Made by a program: the position numbers and the translations under genes
Virus record (IMG/VR): IMGVR_UViG_3300023184_000025
Location: 124,001-188,000 of that record
Strand: one strand, 5' to 3'
DNA length: 64,000 bases
Notes under the pieces: model-generated
Databases searched by the model: none
The model's input: the letters and a program-made list of their open reading frames with translations, nothing else
Told to the model about the DNA's origin: nothing
In this document: positions 1-7,982 of the stretch, piece after piece
How positions within the stretch are numbered: the first letter of the stretch is position 1
Layout of the letters: each line of letters opens with the position of its first letter

Positions 1-352
1 CTAAACTCCAACTAGCGGGCTGTGCTTGAAAATATGTTGTCTCTTCGGCAGTGACAGTTACTTTAGCTCTACCTGTTGGTGCATTAAGTGTTACAAGCTC
101 TTTGGCATATAACAAATTTTCTCCGTCTTGACTAATCATACGAAACGTAAACGTTGCGCCTGTGATGTTTACAGGTTTTTGGTCCTGGTTTAGAAATTGG
201 AATAAAATAACATTATCCACTCCTAAATTTAATTTTAAGTCTTTTGCGTACACTGGTTGCCACCTTCTATCAAAAGTTGAGCCAATGCCTGACGTGTCAA
301 TCAGAATTACCTGTTGGATTTGCTGATATAAATAGGCAGTGGTTGAATACAT
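1..352 (-). CDS. Virion/baseplate protein with BppU-N-like beta-sandwich; 3' end runs off the window (not in ORF track)
   Basis: Manual translation from ATG 352: MYSTTAYLYQQIQQVILID...GVDNVILFQFLNQDQKPVNITGATFTFRM...TGRAKVTVTAEET, open to position 1. The 'F-x-N-x-D-x-KPV-x-ITG' pattern resembles BppU N-terminal domains. CATAAATA lies upstream at 376-369. Confidence 0.7.
   Translation of the reverse strand, partial: MYSTTAYLYQQIQQVILIDTSGIGSTFDRRWQPVYAKDLKLNLGVDNVILFQFLNQDQKPVNITGATFTFRMISQDGENLLYAKELVTLNAPTGRAKVTVTAEETTYFQAQPASWSL
327..334 (+). promoter_or_regulatory. T4-type late promoter TATAAATA
   Basis: Exact T4 gp55 consensus about 40 nt upstream of ATG 374. Confidence 0.55.
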
Positions 353-373
353 TTGGATCTCCAACTAATATTT

Positions 374-751
374 ATGGGTGATAATATCTTTACAAAATTG
401 ACTAAAAAGTATCCGTTTATAACTCTGTGTTTATATGCAGGGATAGAATACGTAGGAATTATACAAAATCAAGATGACGCAATTACAACAATCTACGACT
501 TTGGTGATGTTTCTGACCCTGAACTAAAAAAGCTGTTTATTGAGCTGGCCAATGATTGGTGGTGGGAAAGTAACCATAGTATACCTATAAACATATACTT
601 AAAAGCAGAGTGGGCTCCATTTAAGCCATATTTAAGAACTTTTGCCAACAAAGACCTTGAAATATTACACGGACCTGTTTGCAGTTTAAGTGACATCTCT
701 CGACGAAAAAGTAAACGTAAATCAATTACATTAGTCAGGAAGATTGACTAA
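374..751 (+). CDS. Hypothetical protein (125 aa; ATG 374 preferred over TTG 353)
   Basis: Protein-like ORF downstream of TATAAATA; no family recognised. Confidence 0.75.
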   Translation: MGDNIFTKLTKKYPFITLCLYAGIEYVGIIQNQDDAITTIYDFGDVSDPELKKLFIELANDWWWESNHSIPINIYLKAEWAPFKPYLRTFANKDLEILHGPVCSLSDISRRKSKRKSITLVRKID

Positions 752-1331
752 TTTTTTCAAATTGATCTGCTTCGTTTAACAAATTCATGTGCAGGGCCAC
801 TAACACAGCATAGCTAATTGCATGTGATTTTTTAAATGTATATCCACGACTATCATCACCGTTCCAAACATCAGCAAAGACGGTGTTCCAATCTTTATTT
901 TGTAAGTGTGCTTTTCCTGGCCTAATAATACTGATAAACGCAGCCATCCTAGTTATTGAATCTGGTTGCATTGACTTTAACAATTCTGTATAGTTTCCAA
1001 CGTGTACCAACCGAGAAGCCCAGGCGTTATCTGTCCATAGTCTTGTCCATGTGGGTGTGGTTTTGATCATTTGATCATAGTGTTCAGGATTTTTAACCAA
1101 CTGATAAACGCTCATGTTTAAAAAGTCTATCTTAAAATATCCACGTTGTTCGGCTTCTTCGTAGTTTATAGCCGCACACTGATTCACTGGATCAAATGGA
1201 ATATCAGTAACGTAAACACCACTGTTGTGTCGACGCACTTGTTCATTAATTGACTGTCGTGCAGGAATATGCTGTATTAATTTTAATACTGTTTCTCTGT
1301 CAGCAAAATCAATATCAATATCTGCGCTCAT
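735..1331 (-). CDS. Miniature DNA polymerase III alpha (DnaE/C-family)-like protein, 198 aa
   Basis: Ordered motifs DIDIDF, RRHNSGVYV, GYFKIDFLN, MAAFISIIRPG and GYTFKKSHAISYA match DnaE PDFDVDF, GKHAGGVVI, GLVKFDFLG, ALVALFRPG and GYGFNKSHSAAYA. Start overlaps the upstream stop as TAATG (alternative ATG 1337). Confidence 0.85.
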   Translation of the reverse strand: MSADIDIDFADRETVLKLIQHIPARQSINEQVRRHNSGVYVTDIPFDPVNQCAAINYEEAEQRGYFKIDFLNMSVYQLVKNPEHYDQMIKTTPTWTRLWTDNAWASRLVHVGNYTELLKSMQPDSITRMAAFISIIRPGKAHLQNKDWNTVFADVWNGDDSRGYTFKKSHAISYAVLVALHMNLLNEADQFEKISQSS

Positions 1332-2005
1332 TACCATCCTGCCTTTGCTAAAATATCCTTAGCATACTCTTGATCTGCCATGTAATCTTTAAATTTTTGT
1401 TGCCAAACATCTGCGTCAATGTATGGCCATATCATTGCAATTTGATTTTCATCTAAGCTGTTTAGGAACTCCTGGCCACTGTCACAGTTGTAAATTATCC
1501 AAGGACTAATCTTGCCAGTGGTAATTGCATGACAGATTATATTGATGTTACCGTATCTAAGATAATCCTTTGATGCATGACCATTCTTCTCTTCCCAGTC
1601 AATACTATGTTCAATGGACCTGGCCAAAGCATCATTGACGGACTCAATTTTAAGATACCACAACAGATACTCTGTGTAGATAGTATCTTTACACCAATAA
1701 TCAAGTTTTTTATTTTGTTTGACCACCCATTCAGTAAACCTAGCTGGATTAATTGCTCGAATATCCACACAGTATCTACCAAACTTGGCAAATGCTCGAT
1801 AATACGAACTGTTGGCAAAGTCATCAAATGTTTTTAATTTGGCCGACCCTTGTGTGACTTCATAGAATTTTAAATATGCTTGGAACCCAAGCTGGACTCC
1901 GCGTTCATTCTGATCTTGTCTGCGCTTCTTTTGTTCACAGACGTGTACTGCTAAACTATTTTCTCTAGAAAAGTCTTTTTTACAATACTGGCACTGGTAT
2001 GTCAT
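1331..2005 (-). CDS. Protein with N-terminal Zn finger (CxxC-x12-HxC); C-terminus possibly gp59-like
   Basis: MTYQCQYCKKDFSRENSLAVHVCE at the N-terminus; coupled to both neighbours. The gp59 similarity is only a weak impression. Confidence 0.75.
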   Translation of the reverse strand: MTYQCQYCKKDFSRENSLAVHVCEQKKRRQDQNERGVQLGFQAYLKFYEVTQGSAKLKTFDDFANSSYYRAFAKFGRYCVDIRAINPARFTEWVVKQNKKLDYWCKDTIYTEYLLWYLKIESVNDALARSIEHSIDWEEKNGHASKDYLRYGNINIICHAITTGKISPWIIYNCDSGQEFLNSLDENQIAMIWPYIDADVWQQKFKDYMADQEYAKDILAKAGW

Positions 2006-2445
2006 TTTTCCTGACCGTGATCTTTAACGTATTCATCTAGTTCTTTTTTGGTGATTAACTTACTAAGCAATTCTATCTCGTCCATTTTTTTGGTTGGATA
2101 TAGTTCTGCCAACTGCTTCTTAATACTGCCAGCACCAGGTTCTTTTTTCTTTAGACCAATCCAGGGATGTCGTGGTGTTCCTAGGTCAGGACTAATAGCA
2201 GTAGCACACAACCACTGAAGTTTAGGATGTTTGTTTATAGCAAAAAAATGTTTGTTCAAGTAATGATTACAACTACGCACATAGTATGCTTGTATTTCAC
2301 TACTATCCTCAACACTACTACCCCAACGTATCATAAGATAGTTACTGAACTTTTTTAATTCTTCCGGAGTTAAACTATCATAGAAATTACGATTCTTGGT
2401 ATCAAGCTGGCGCATTTCGTTACTGATGTTTAGTTTATCTGACAT
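2002..2445 (-). CDS. gp62: Clamp-loader small subunit (T4 gp62-like)
   Basis: Size and pattern (KKFSNYLMIRW...HPKLQW...HPWIGLKKK...KKQLAELYP...IELLSKLITKKEL) resemble gp62 family members. Confidence 0.6.
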   Translation of the reverse strand: MSDKLNISNEMRQLDTKNRNFYDSLTPEELKKFSNYLMIRWGSSVEDSSEIQAYYVRSCNHYLNKHFFAINKHPKLQWLCATAISPDLGTPRHPWIGLKKKEPGAGSIKKQLAELYPTKKMDEIELLSKLITKKELDEYVKDHGQEK

Positions 2446-2638
2446 TACCAATTGCCTTTGACAATATATTAATATGGTTTTTCATACGGCCATGCTCTCG
2501 ATGAATACGTTCAATTTCGTTGGCCTGTTGTTTGAGTTTTTCTTCTAGTTCTGTGATCCGAGTGTCAAGGGGGTTAATTTCTTTTTTTAGAATAACCGGC
2601 ACTCGAGGTCGGTCAGCATCGTCTTTGTATTGTTCCAT
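2435..2638 (-). CDS. Small coiled-coil hypothetical protein
   Basis: Heptad-rich LDTRITELEEKLKQQANEIERIHRE; overlaps the downstream gene. Confidence 0.65.
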   Translation of the reverse strand: MEQYKDDADRPRVPVILKKEINPLDTRITELEEKLKQQANEIERIHREHGRMKNHINILSKAIGNVR

Positions 2639-2842
2639 TTAATAAAACCTATTAATAAATTTTTGGTATACTGGAGAAATCCACCGAATGGTTACAAAAG
2701 CAATTGGCCAAGCTGTTATCCAGTGTATTGCCCATAGTATTGCTTCTAAGTGAAAGTAGTCTTGGTGCATGTGAGTAACTGTGAATGTAATCATTCCGGT
2801 TGCAGTTAAACTTGTCAATAATTGTAATATCAACAGTTTCAT
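2639..2842 (-). CDS. Small two-helix membrane protein (DUF2798-like)
   Basis: Two hydrophobic segments; AWPIAFVTIRWISPVYQKFI resembles the DUF2798 C-terminal helix; abuts both neighbours. Confidence 0.6.
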   Translation of the reverse strand: MKLLILQLLTSLTATGMITFTVTHMHQDYFHLEAILWAIHWITAWPIAFVTIRWISPVYQKFINRFY

Positions 2843-3343
2843 TTACCAAGCCTTATTGTAGTCAACAATTTCACAGTTGCGACTAATATCTTTGACAAAA
2901 TATACACACTCAGGATTGTCCCCATCCTGAATAGGAACTGCTAGCATTTGCCCATTTTTAAGTTTAGGCGCATACCAGGCAACTTCATGATAAACATCAA
3001 TTATTTCAATCTCAGGAAAACTGGGTCTGAAACTGGTTAGAGGATTAAATTGGAAAGCTTTAAATCCTCGATCATTGATAGACGTCAACGGCAGTACTTC
3101 AAGGTCTCCCACGTCGGGTTCCCCGATTAAGATTTGCCAATCAACTGGCATACGAATTTGATTTTCACCAATACGTAATACCAGTGCTGGGCTATTAAAA
3201 CTTTCCAAAAAAATTAACGGAATGTAATGATAGTCTGGGTTTGATGGGTCACTGTTATCAAGTATTGCAAAACGCATGTCGTCAACTTCGTCGGGCAATG
3301 TATCTAAATCATAGCAGGTATTATCTAGTGTTAGTATTCTCAT
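2843..3343 (-). CDS. Conserved hypothetical protein, possibly a degenerate stand-alone Hint-fold domain
   Basis: Clear ORF with its own promoter; strand pattern follows Hint blocks but catalytic residues are absent (see findings). Confidence 0.75.
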   Translation of the reverse strand: MRILTLDNTCYDLDTLPDEVDDMRFAILDNSDPSNPDYHYIPLIFLESFNSPALVLRIGENQIRMPVDWQILIGEPDVGDLEVLPLTSINDRGFKAFQFNPLTSFRPSFPEIEIIDVYHEVAWYAPKLKNGQMLAVPIQDGDNPECVYFVKDISRNCEIVDYNKAW

Positions 3344-3350
3344 AGTATGT

Positions 3351-3378
3351 ATTATACAGTATTATTGCAGAAAGTCAA
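3351..3378 (-). promoter_or_regulatory. Sigma70-type promoter TTGACT-N16-TATAAT, 7 nt before ATG 3343 (leaderless geometry)
   Basis: -35 at 3378-3373, -10 at 3356-3351. Confidence 0.55.
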
Positions 3379-3381
3379 CGG

Positions 3382-4848
3382 TTACTTGATGGTCATCCAT
3401 TCTAATTTTTCAGCTGAGAATGGGTAGTTGGCTTCTTTGTAAAACTGTTTTCGTTTGGTCATGTGCCGTTTTGCAAATTTGCAGGTACTAGTTATATCCC
3501 AAATTTGAACATGGTCTTTATCTTCTGCTTTTCTAATGCCCCTACCAATAGATTGAATAACCCTGACAAAGCTTTTGCCTGGTTCGATCAACACCAAGTT
3601 AAAAATTCTCGGTATGTTAATCCCAACTGCTGCCACACCGTAAGTGGCAACAATAATTTTACCTGTTGATTCTGCAATTTCATCATAGTGTTCTTGTCTT
3701 TCTGTGCCTTTGGTTGCACCCGAAACAAATACTGCCTTGTCTCCAAGACGCAGGGCCAGTGCTTGTCCTGCACTAATCCTATCAACAAGAACCAAGGTGT
3801 TACCAGTTTCGTTCACCTGTTTAATTAAGCTAGCAATTGTATCCAGTCTTCCTGATTCTTCTAGTAAGTATTTTAGCTCACTTTGGTAGTTGCTGTACTC
3901 AACATGATCAACTAGCTGTACAATGTTCACATGGCATTGTGCTAGTACACCCCTGTCTTGTAATTCACTAGCGGCTAACTTGCTAATAACCGGTCCTAAG
4001 CTAACATGCAATGCTTCAAATTCAAACTGTTCTTTTGGCACAGTACCAGTTAATCCCCAACGAATCGGCACTTCAGACATCACGCTGGTCAGCAAAGTTT
4101 TTAACGCATCTGCTTTGGCCATGTGTACTTCATCTACAATAACACATACAACGCCTTCGATAAAGTCCCCGATACTGACCTCAGCTTCACCTGACTTTGT
4201 GTTCTTCATCATGTTGTTGAGACTCTGCCAGGTACAGATTGTATGTGTTTTATTATACTCTTTTCTGTCACCAAAATACACGCCAACGTCGAGTCCAAGA
4301 TTAATGTAATCTTTTTCTGTTTGTCTCACTAGGTCTTTGTTGGGAACAATAACAATGCTACGTCCGTATTGTTGTATGCTATAACTCATAGCCGCAGTCA
4401 TAATTGTCTTGCCTGCGCCTGTGGCTACTTCTTGTATGCATTGTGGGTTTTGTAAAAAGTTGTTGACTATCTCTACCTGATAGTCACGCAACATAATTGG
4501 TTGGCCTTCCATCAGATGATTCTTGGGCCAATTTGTTTCAGCAAATGTATCTTCCTTGACTAGCGTAAAATCAAAGGTGGTACGATATTCTCGCAAATCC
4601 TCTACGTCAATGTCGTAGTTGTAGTCTTCTAGGATGGGAATGATCTCTGGCAGTAGATTTACATAGGTACTGCCGCCTAGTTGGAAGAAGCTGACCTTAC
4701 CATCCCATCTGCCCAGTCTTACCGCCGGAAGATATCGTGCATAAGGAACATCGTACTTAAATTTGTTTACTAAGGCACGCCTAGCAGTTAAATCAAGTCC
4801 TTCAATCTTTAAATTTACTTCGTCTCTGATTATTAATTTAGCCTGCAT
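3382..4848 (-). CDS. uvsW: UvsW-like SF2 DNA helicase
   Basis: Q-motif LRDYQ, Walker A ATGAGKT, DEVH, GLTGT, QSIGRGIR; T4-like context. Confidence 0.93.
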   Translation of the reverse strand: MQAKLIIRDEVNLKIEGLDLTARRALVNKFKYDVPYARYLPAVRLGRWDGKVSFFQLGGSTYVNLLPEIIPILEDYNYDIDVEDLREYRTTFDFTLVKEDTFAETNWPKNHLMEGQPIMLRDYQVEIVNNFLQNPQCIQEVATGAGKTIMTAAMSYSIQQYGRSIVIVPNKDLVRQTEKDYINLGLDVGVYFGDRKEYNKTHTICTWQSLNNMMKNTKSGEAEVSIGDFIEGVVCVIVDEVHMAKADALKTLLTSVMSEVPIRWGLTGTVPKEQFEFEALHVSLGPVISKLAASELQDRGVLAQCHVNIVQLVDHVEYSNYQSELKYLLEESGRLDTIASLIKQVNETGNTLVLVDRISAGQALALRLGDKAVFVSGATKGTERQEHYDEIAESTGKIIVATYGVAAVGINIPRIFNLVLIEPGKSFVRVIQSIGRGIRKAEDKDHVQIWDITSTCKFAKRHMTKRKQFYKEANYPFSAEKLEWMTIK

Positions 4849-5383
4849 AATTTTGTAGTTTCAGCCATTCTTGGTAAAAGTTATTATCCAGTTCAGGTGA
4901 TTCTACATAGTTAGCAAGATCCTCAACAGCATACCCTGATAGTATGCGTTCAAGTGTAACAATCTTTTTTGTATGTGTCTTTACCATATTAGAGTAGTCT
5001 ATCAATGTTTTTGCATATCCTGCAACGTCATTGGCACCGCAGAACTGTTGCATCTCTTCCCACACATTTGGTCTGTGTAACTGTTTGAATCTTTCTGCGG
5101 CCCACAATGCTGTGTCAAACTTATTTACAGTAACAGTAATAAAATCTTGACCTGCACTAACATGATAGGTTAAATCATGACTGGGTAAGCTATTATACAC
5201 TAAACTAATGTTTTGTACATACTGAGTTTTTTCTAAATCATTTAAAAAGGTGTGAGGTTTATTTAGTCGACATCTTTCTGCAGGCATCCTAACTGCTGTT
5301 TTTGATAATTCGCAGTTGGTGGAATCTATTATGGCCGCTAACACATGACCGCAGGTTCCGCCTGTATAACAAACAATGTTCAC
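4838..5383 (-). CDS. Hypothetical protein with sulfotransferase/P-loop-like N-terminal motif
   Basis: GTG 5383 overlaps the upstream TGA (GTGA); N-terminal VCYTGGTCGHVLAAII. Confidence 0.65.
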   Translation of the reverse strand: MNIVCYTGGTCGHVLAAIIDSTNCELSKTAVRMPAERCRLNKPHTFLNDLEKTQYVQNISLVYNSLPSHDLTYHVSAGQDFITVTVNKFDTALWAAERFKQLHRPNVWEEMQQFCGANDVAGYAKTLIDYSNMVKTHTKKIVTLERILSGYAVEDLANYVESPELDNNFYQEWLKLQNYAG

Positions 5384-6045
5384 GGTTGGTATTGCCAATG
5401 TATTTTAACATTGCCATTGATCATATCATCAACTTCGGGTAGCCAAGTATAATCAACAAGAGTGTCATTTATATTGATTATGTCATAGTTAACTCGCAAC
5501 AACTTAAATCCGTGTTGTTCCATGCTTAACAACCATGCTTGCAGTAACAAGCTAAAATTGTACTTTAATCGATTATGGAAAATAAAGATATCTCTAAAAG
5601 AGAAAAATATTTGTGTGCCTGTCTTTAAGAACCTGGTTTGAAATTGCCAATACTCTGTGTACTCATCAAATGTTTTCCACCTTAATCTAATAGTGTTGTT
5701 AACAATAAAATTGTCAGCTTGGTTGTACAAATGTTTAACAGAATCTTCTCCTGTGTCAATGACAGCCTTTGGGTACCAGGACAGTACCAAAGGTACTAGT
5801 TCAATTACTGTTAAATTGTCAATTGCAGGGTCAAGATAATATCCAGCACCATCATAGGTAACAGTTTTACCTGGATTAAGATGTTCAATAATATACTTGT
5901 CGTAGTTGTCAAGTATGATTTCTTTTGAATGTCGGTTTCTTACAAAATAGTTATGCTTGGGTTTGCTAAATTTCCATCTTGTGTAACTGGTTCTAAAGTC
6001 TGTTCTTAGAACTGCGTCTGCATATTTTCCAATTACTTTCGACAT
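5380..6045 (-). CDS. Hypothetical protein (221 aa)
   Basis: Long ORF overlapping both neighbours. Confidence 0.7.
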   Translation of the reverse strand: MSKVIGKYADAVLRTDFRTSYTRWKFSKPKHNYFVRNRHSKEIILDNYDKYIIEHLNPGKTVTYDGAGYYLDPAIDNLTVIELVPLVLSWYPKAVIDTGEDSVKHLYNQADNFIVNNTIRLRWKTFDEYTEYWQFQTRFLKTGTQIFFSFRDIFIFHNRLKYNFSLLLQAWLLSMEQHGFKLLRVNYDIININDTLVDYTWLPEVDDMINGNVKIHWQYQP

Positions 6046-6563
6046 AACAATAACTCACATGATGGTACTACCCAGGTAAAACAACTGCCGTCTTCGACAA
6101 ATATTTCGCTACGGTTTAATACAACAGTATCATTGAGATTCTTTTCTAACCATTTGACAATAGCTGTATCAAAGTGTTCAGGTAAATTATGATCAACAAA
6201 TGTTTCTGCGGCATTTAAATAATAACGATTCAAACAAAAGTAAATCCTAGGACATAAATCCAATAACAAATTTAGTTCTGTAATCATATTTTTTACTGTG
6301 AGCCTGCTAAATCGTTGATCGGTGATTACAACTAGTTCAGCATCATTGGGTGCCACCAGTTGAATATTGTGTTTATCAAAAAACTTATCTAATATTTTGT
6401 TATCTTTGAGCACATGAACTTTGATGATACCATTGTTAATGATATAGTCCTCGATGTTTTTTTCCCTACGAATTTTGCACTCCTCGGCAAATAGTCGTAG
6501 CTGTAGTCTACCCCAATTTGGGTGTCGCCATACTTTAGGATGTTTTTCAAACGTGATATTCAT
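6033..6563 (-). CDS. Hypothetical protein (176 aa)
   Basis: ORF with TAAATA (6578-6573) 9 nt before the ATG. Confidence 0.7.
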   Translation of the reverse strand: MNITFEKHPKVWRHPNWGRLQLRLFAEECKIRREKNIEDYIINNGIIKVHVLKDNKILDKFFDKHNIQLVAPNDAELVVITDQRFSRLTVKNMITELNLLLDLCPRIYFCLNRYYLNAAETFVDHNLPEHFDTAIVKWLEKNLNDTVVLNRSEIFVEDGSCFTWVVPSCELLLCRK

Positions 6564-6597
6564 AGGATCTTGTATTTACGGCACTCCTTACCACAAA

Positions 6598-6627
6598 TAA
6601 AAAAAGAGGTACCCTAAAGTACCCCTT
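6598..6627 (-). terminator. Rho-independent terminator after the AAA ATPase gene
   Basis: Minus strand AAGGGGTAC-TTTAGG-GTACCTCTT (one G-U pair) followed by a T tract. Confidence 0.75.
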
Positions 6628-6683
6628 AAACGGATCATCTAGGAGCTAGACTAAAATGATGATCCGGTAACTTTAACTGCTAA

Positions 6684-7715
6684 TTAGGCACTCTTCATAC
6701 ATGTTGTCTCACTCATGCGCTTCCAGTTATTAGGAAAGCTCTTGCGCAGGTCTGCAATCTTGAGCGCCATACGCAAGGATACCTCACGCAAACGATCTTT
6801 GTTGACATGCATGAACTCAATAATGTCGTCTTGTGCATACTCGTTAAAGTCGTAGTCTGCAAACAACACGCCATCTTTGGCAATCTGTTTGATGCGCAAC
6901 AACTTGTCACGCATGGTGTCCAGGGTCAAGTCCAGGTAGTGACAACGTGACTGCAACGCATCCAGGTGATCCCGCAATTTTTGCGACTTCATTTGGTCAA
7001 ATTTTAAATTTGTAATAAAGATAACACTACCTTTAAACTCAAAACGGTCTGGGATACCTTCACGGCGCAGAGCACTGGATTCTGACAACCAGGAGATAAC
7101 ACGTTTCTTGCTGGAGTCCAAGGCACCCTTGAGCAAGTTAAGGGCAACGTCATCTAACAAGATGCTGTCGCAGTCATCAAACACCACCACAGAGTTGGCG
7201 TCAGAAAACTTGTACAAGACTTGATATAGTCCAATTGGTGTGGCACTTCCCTTGACTACCTCTGCACGGAGTCGTTTACTAGCAAGCTTGTCAAACAAGC
7301 AGGCCTTGTCAATCTCTTGCTCCACGCCAAAGCTCTTGCCCACACCTGGAGGACCGCTCACAATCATAGCACGGATGTCACCACTGACACAGGCTTTGGT
7401 CATGTCGTGCAGGATGTCAAATCTCTCACGAATACGGTCCATTGCTTGCTCGTCGGTTTCCACCGGAGCAGTATGTTTAAATTCCACTACCTTGTTTTCT
7501 TTTACACTGGGCATATTATCTCCAACAATTTCAATATCTTGAATACCATCAACTTTGATGCGTACCACATCGTGTTCTGCGCCAAAGTAGCCATTGCTTT
7601 CTACTGTTACAAAGCCGCCTCGAGCACCTTGTGTGTAGTCTTTAACTAGTGTAAAAGTAACACCACGAACAGTTTGTTTGCGATAGTTACCGCTACGAAC
7701 GAGTACTTGCGTCAT
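6684..7715 (-). CDS. AAA+ P-loop ATPase of unknown function with small N-terminal beta domain
   Basis: Walker A GPPGVGKS, Walker B VVVFDDCD, sensor-1-like IFITN, Arg-finger-like SRC. Confidence 0.88.
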   Translation of the reverse strand: MTQVLVRSGNYRKQTVRGVTFTLVKDYTQGARGGFVTVESNGYFGAEHDVVRIKVDGIQDIEIVGDNMPSVKENKVVEFKHTAPVETDEQAMDRIRERFDILHDMTKACVSGDIRAMIVSGPPGVGKSFGVEQEIDKACLFDKLASKRLRAEVVKGSATPIGLYQVLYKFSDANSVVVFDDCDSILLDDVALNLLKGALDSSKKRVISWLSESSALRREGIPDRFEFKGSVIFITNLKFDQMKSQKLRDHLDALQSRCHYLDLTLDTMRDKLLRIKQIAKDGVLFADYDFNEYAQDDIIEFMHVNKDRLREVSLRMALKIADLRKSFPNNWKRMSETTCMKSA

Positions 7716-7748
7716 TGATCAGGCTCCTGTTTTGTTAACTTATGCTAT

Positions 7749-7777
7749 ATTATAGCAAACTGTGAATTACCGGTCAA
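7749..7777 (-). promoter_or_regulatory. Early sigma70 promoter TTGACC-N17-TATAAT (TGn extended -10)
   Basis: -35 at 7777-7772, -10 at 7754-7749; upstream of the AGGAG SD of the ATPase. Confidence 0.8.
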
Positions 7778-7840
7778 CTATTAGTTGATCTTGTTGCAAA
7801 CAATACAAAACTTGTATTCCTTGCTACTTATTATTCTATA

Positions 7841-7869
7841 ATTATAGCAAAAACCTATTTAATGGTCAA
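7841..7869 (-). promoter_or_regulatory. Second early sigma70 promoter TTGACC-N17-TATAAT (TGn extended -10)
   Basis: -35 at 7869-7864, -10 at 7846-7841. Confidence 0.75.
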
Positions 7870-7924
7870 CCAGGATTTTTTGCCTATTTTTTAAGCAGTT
7901 TTTGGATGTTGTTTTTGTGCAACA

Positions 7925-7953
7925 AAAGAAAAACCCTACTACTAGTAGGGTTT
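7925..7953 (-). terminator. Rho-independent terminator
   Basis: Perfect 10-bp stem AAACCCTACT/AGTAGGGTTT, 3-nt loop, T-rich tail on the minus strand. Confidence 0.8.
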
Positions 7954-7982
7954 GATAAGAAAACTGCTTAATTTTTAAGCGT

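Noticed and set aside
2843-4848. Active or split intein associated with uvsW
   Set aside because: uvsW is continuous, and the Hint-like ORF lacks splicing residues and exteins.
6684-7715. AAA ATPase as clamp-loader large subunit gp44
   Set aside because: It lacks RFC-type motifs (DEAD/DEFD Walker B context, C-terminal collar), has an extra N-terminal beta domain and is an isolated early unit.
7716-7982. tRNA or other structured RNA gene in the larger intergenic gaps (also 49189-49314, 61235-61337)
   Set aside because: No cloverleaf or TTC-GA/CCA pattern found by eye; promoters, terminators and leaders explain these gaps. A tRNAscan/Infernal run would be needed to exclude this fully.
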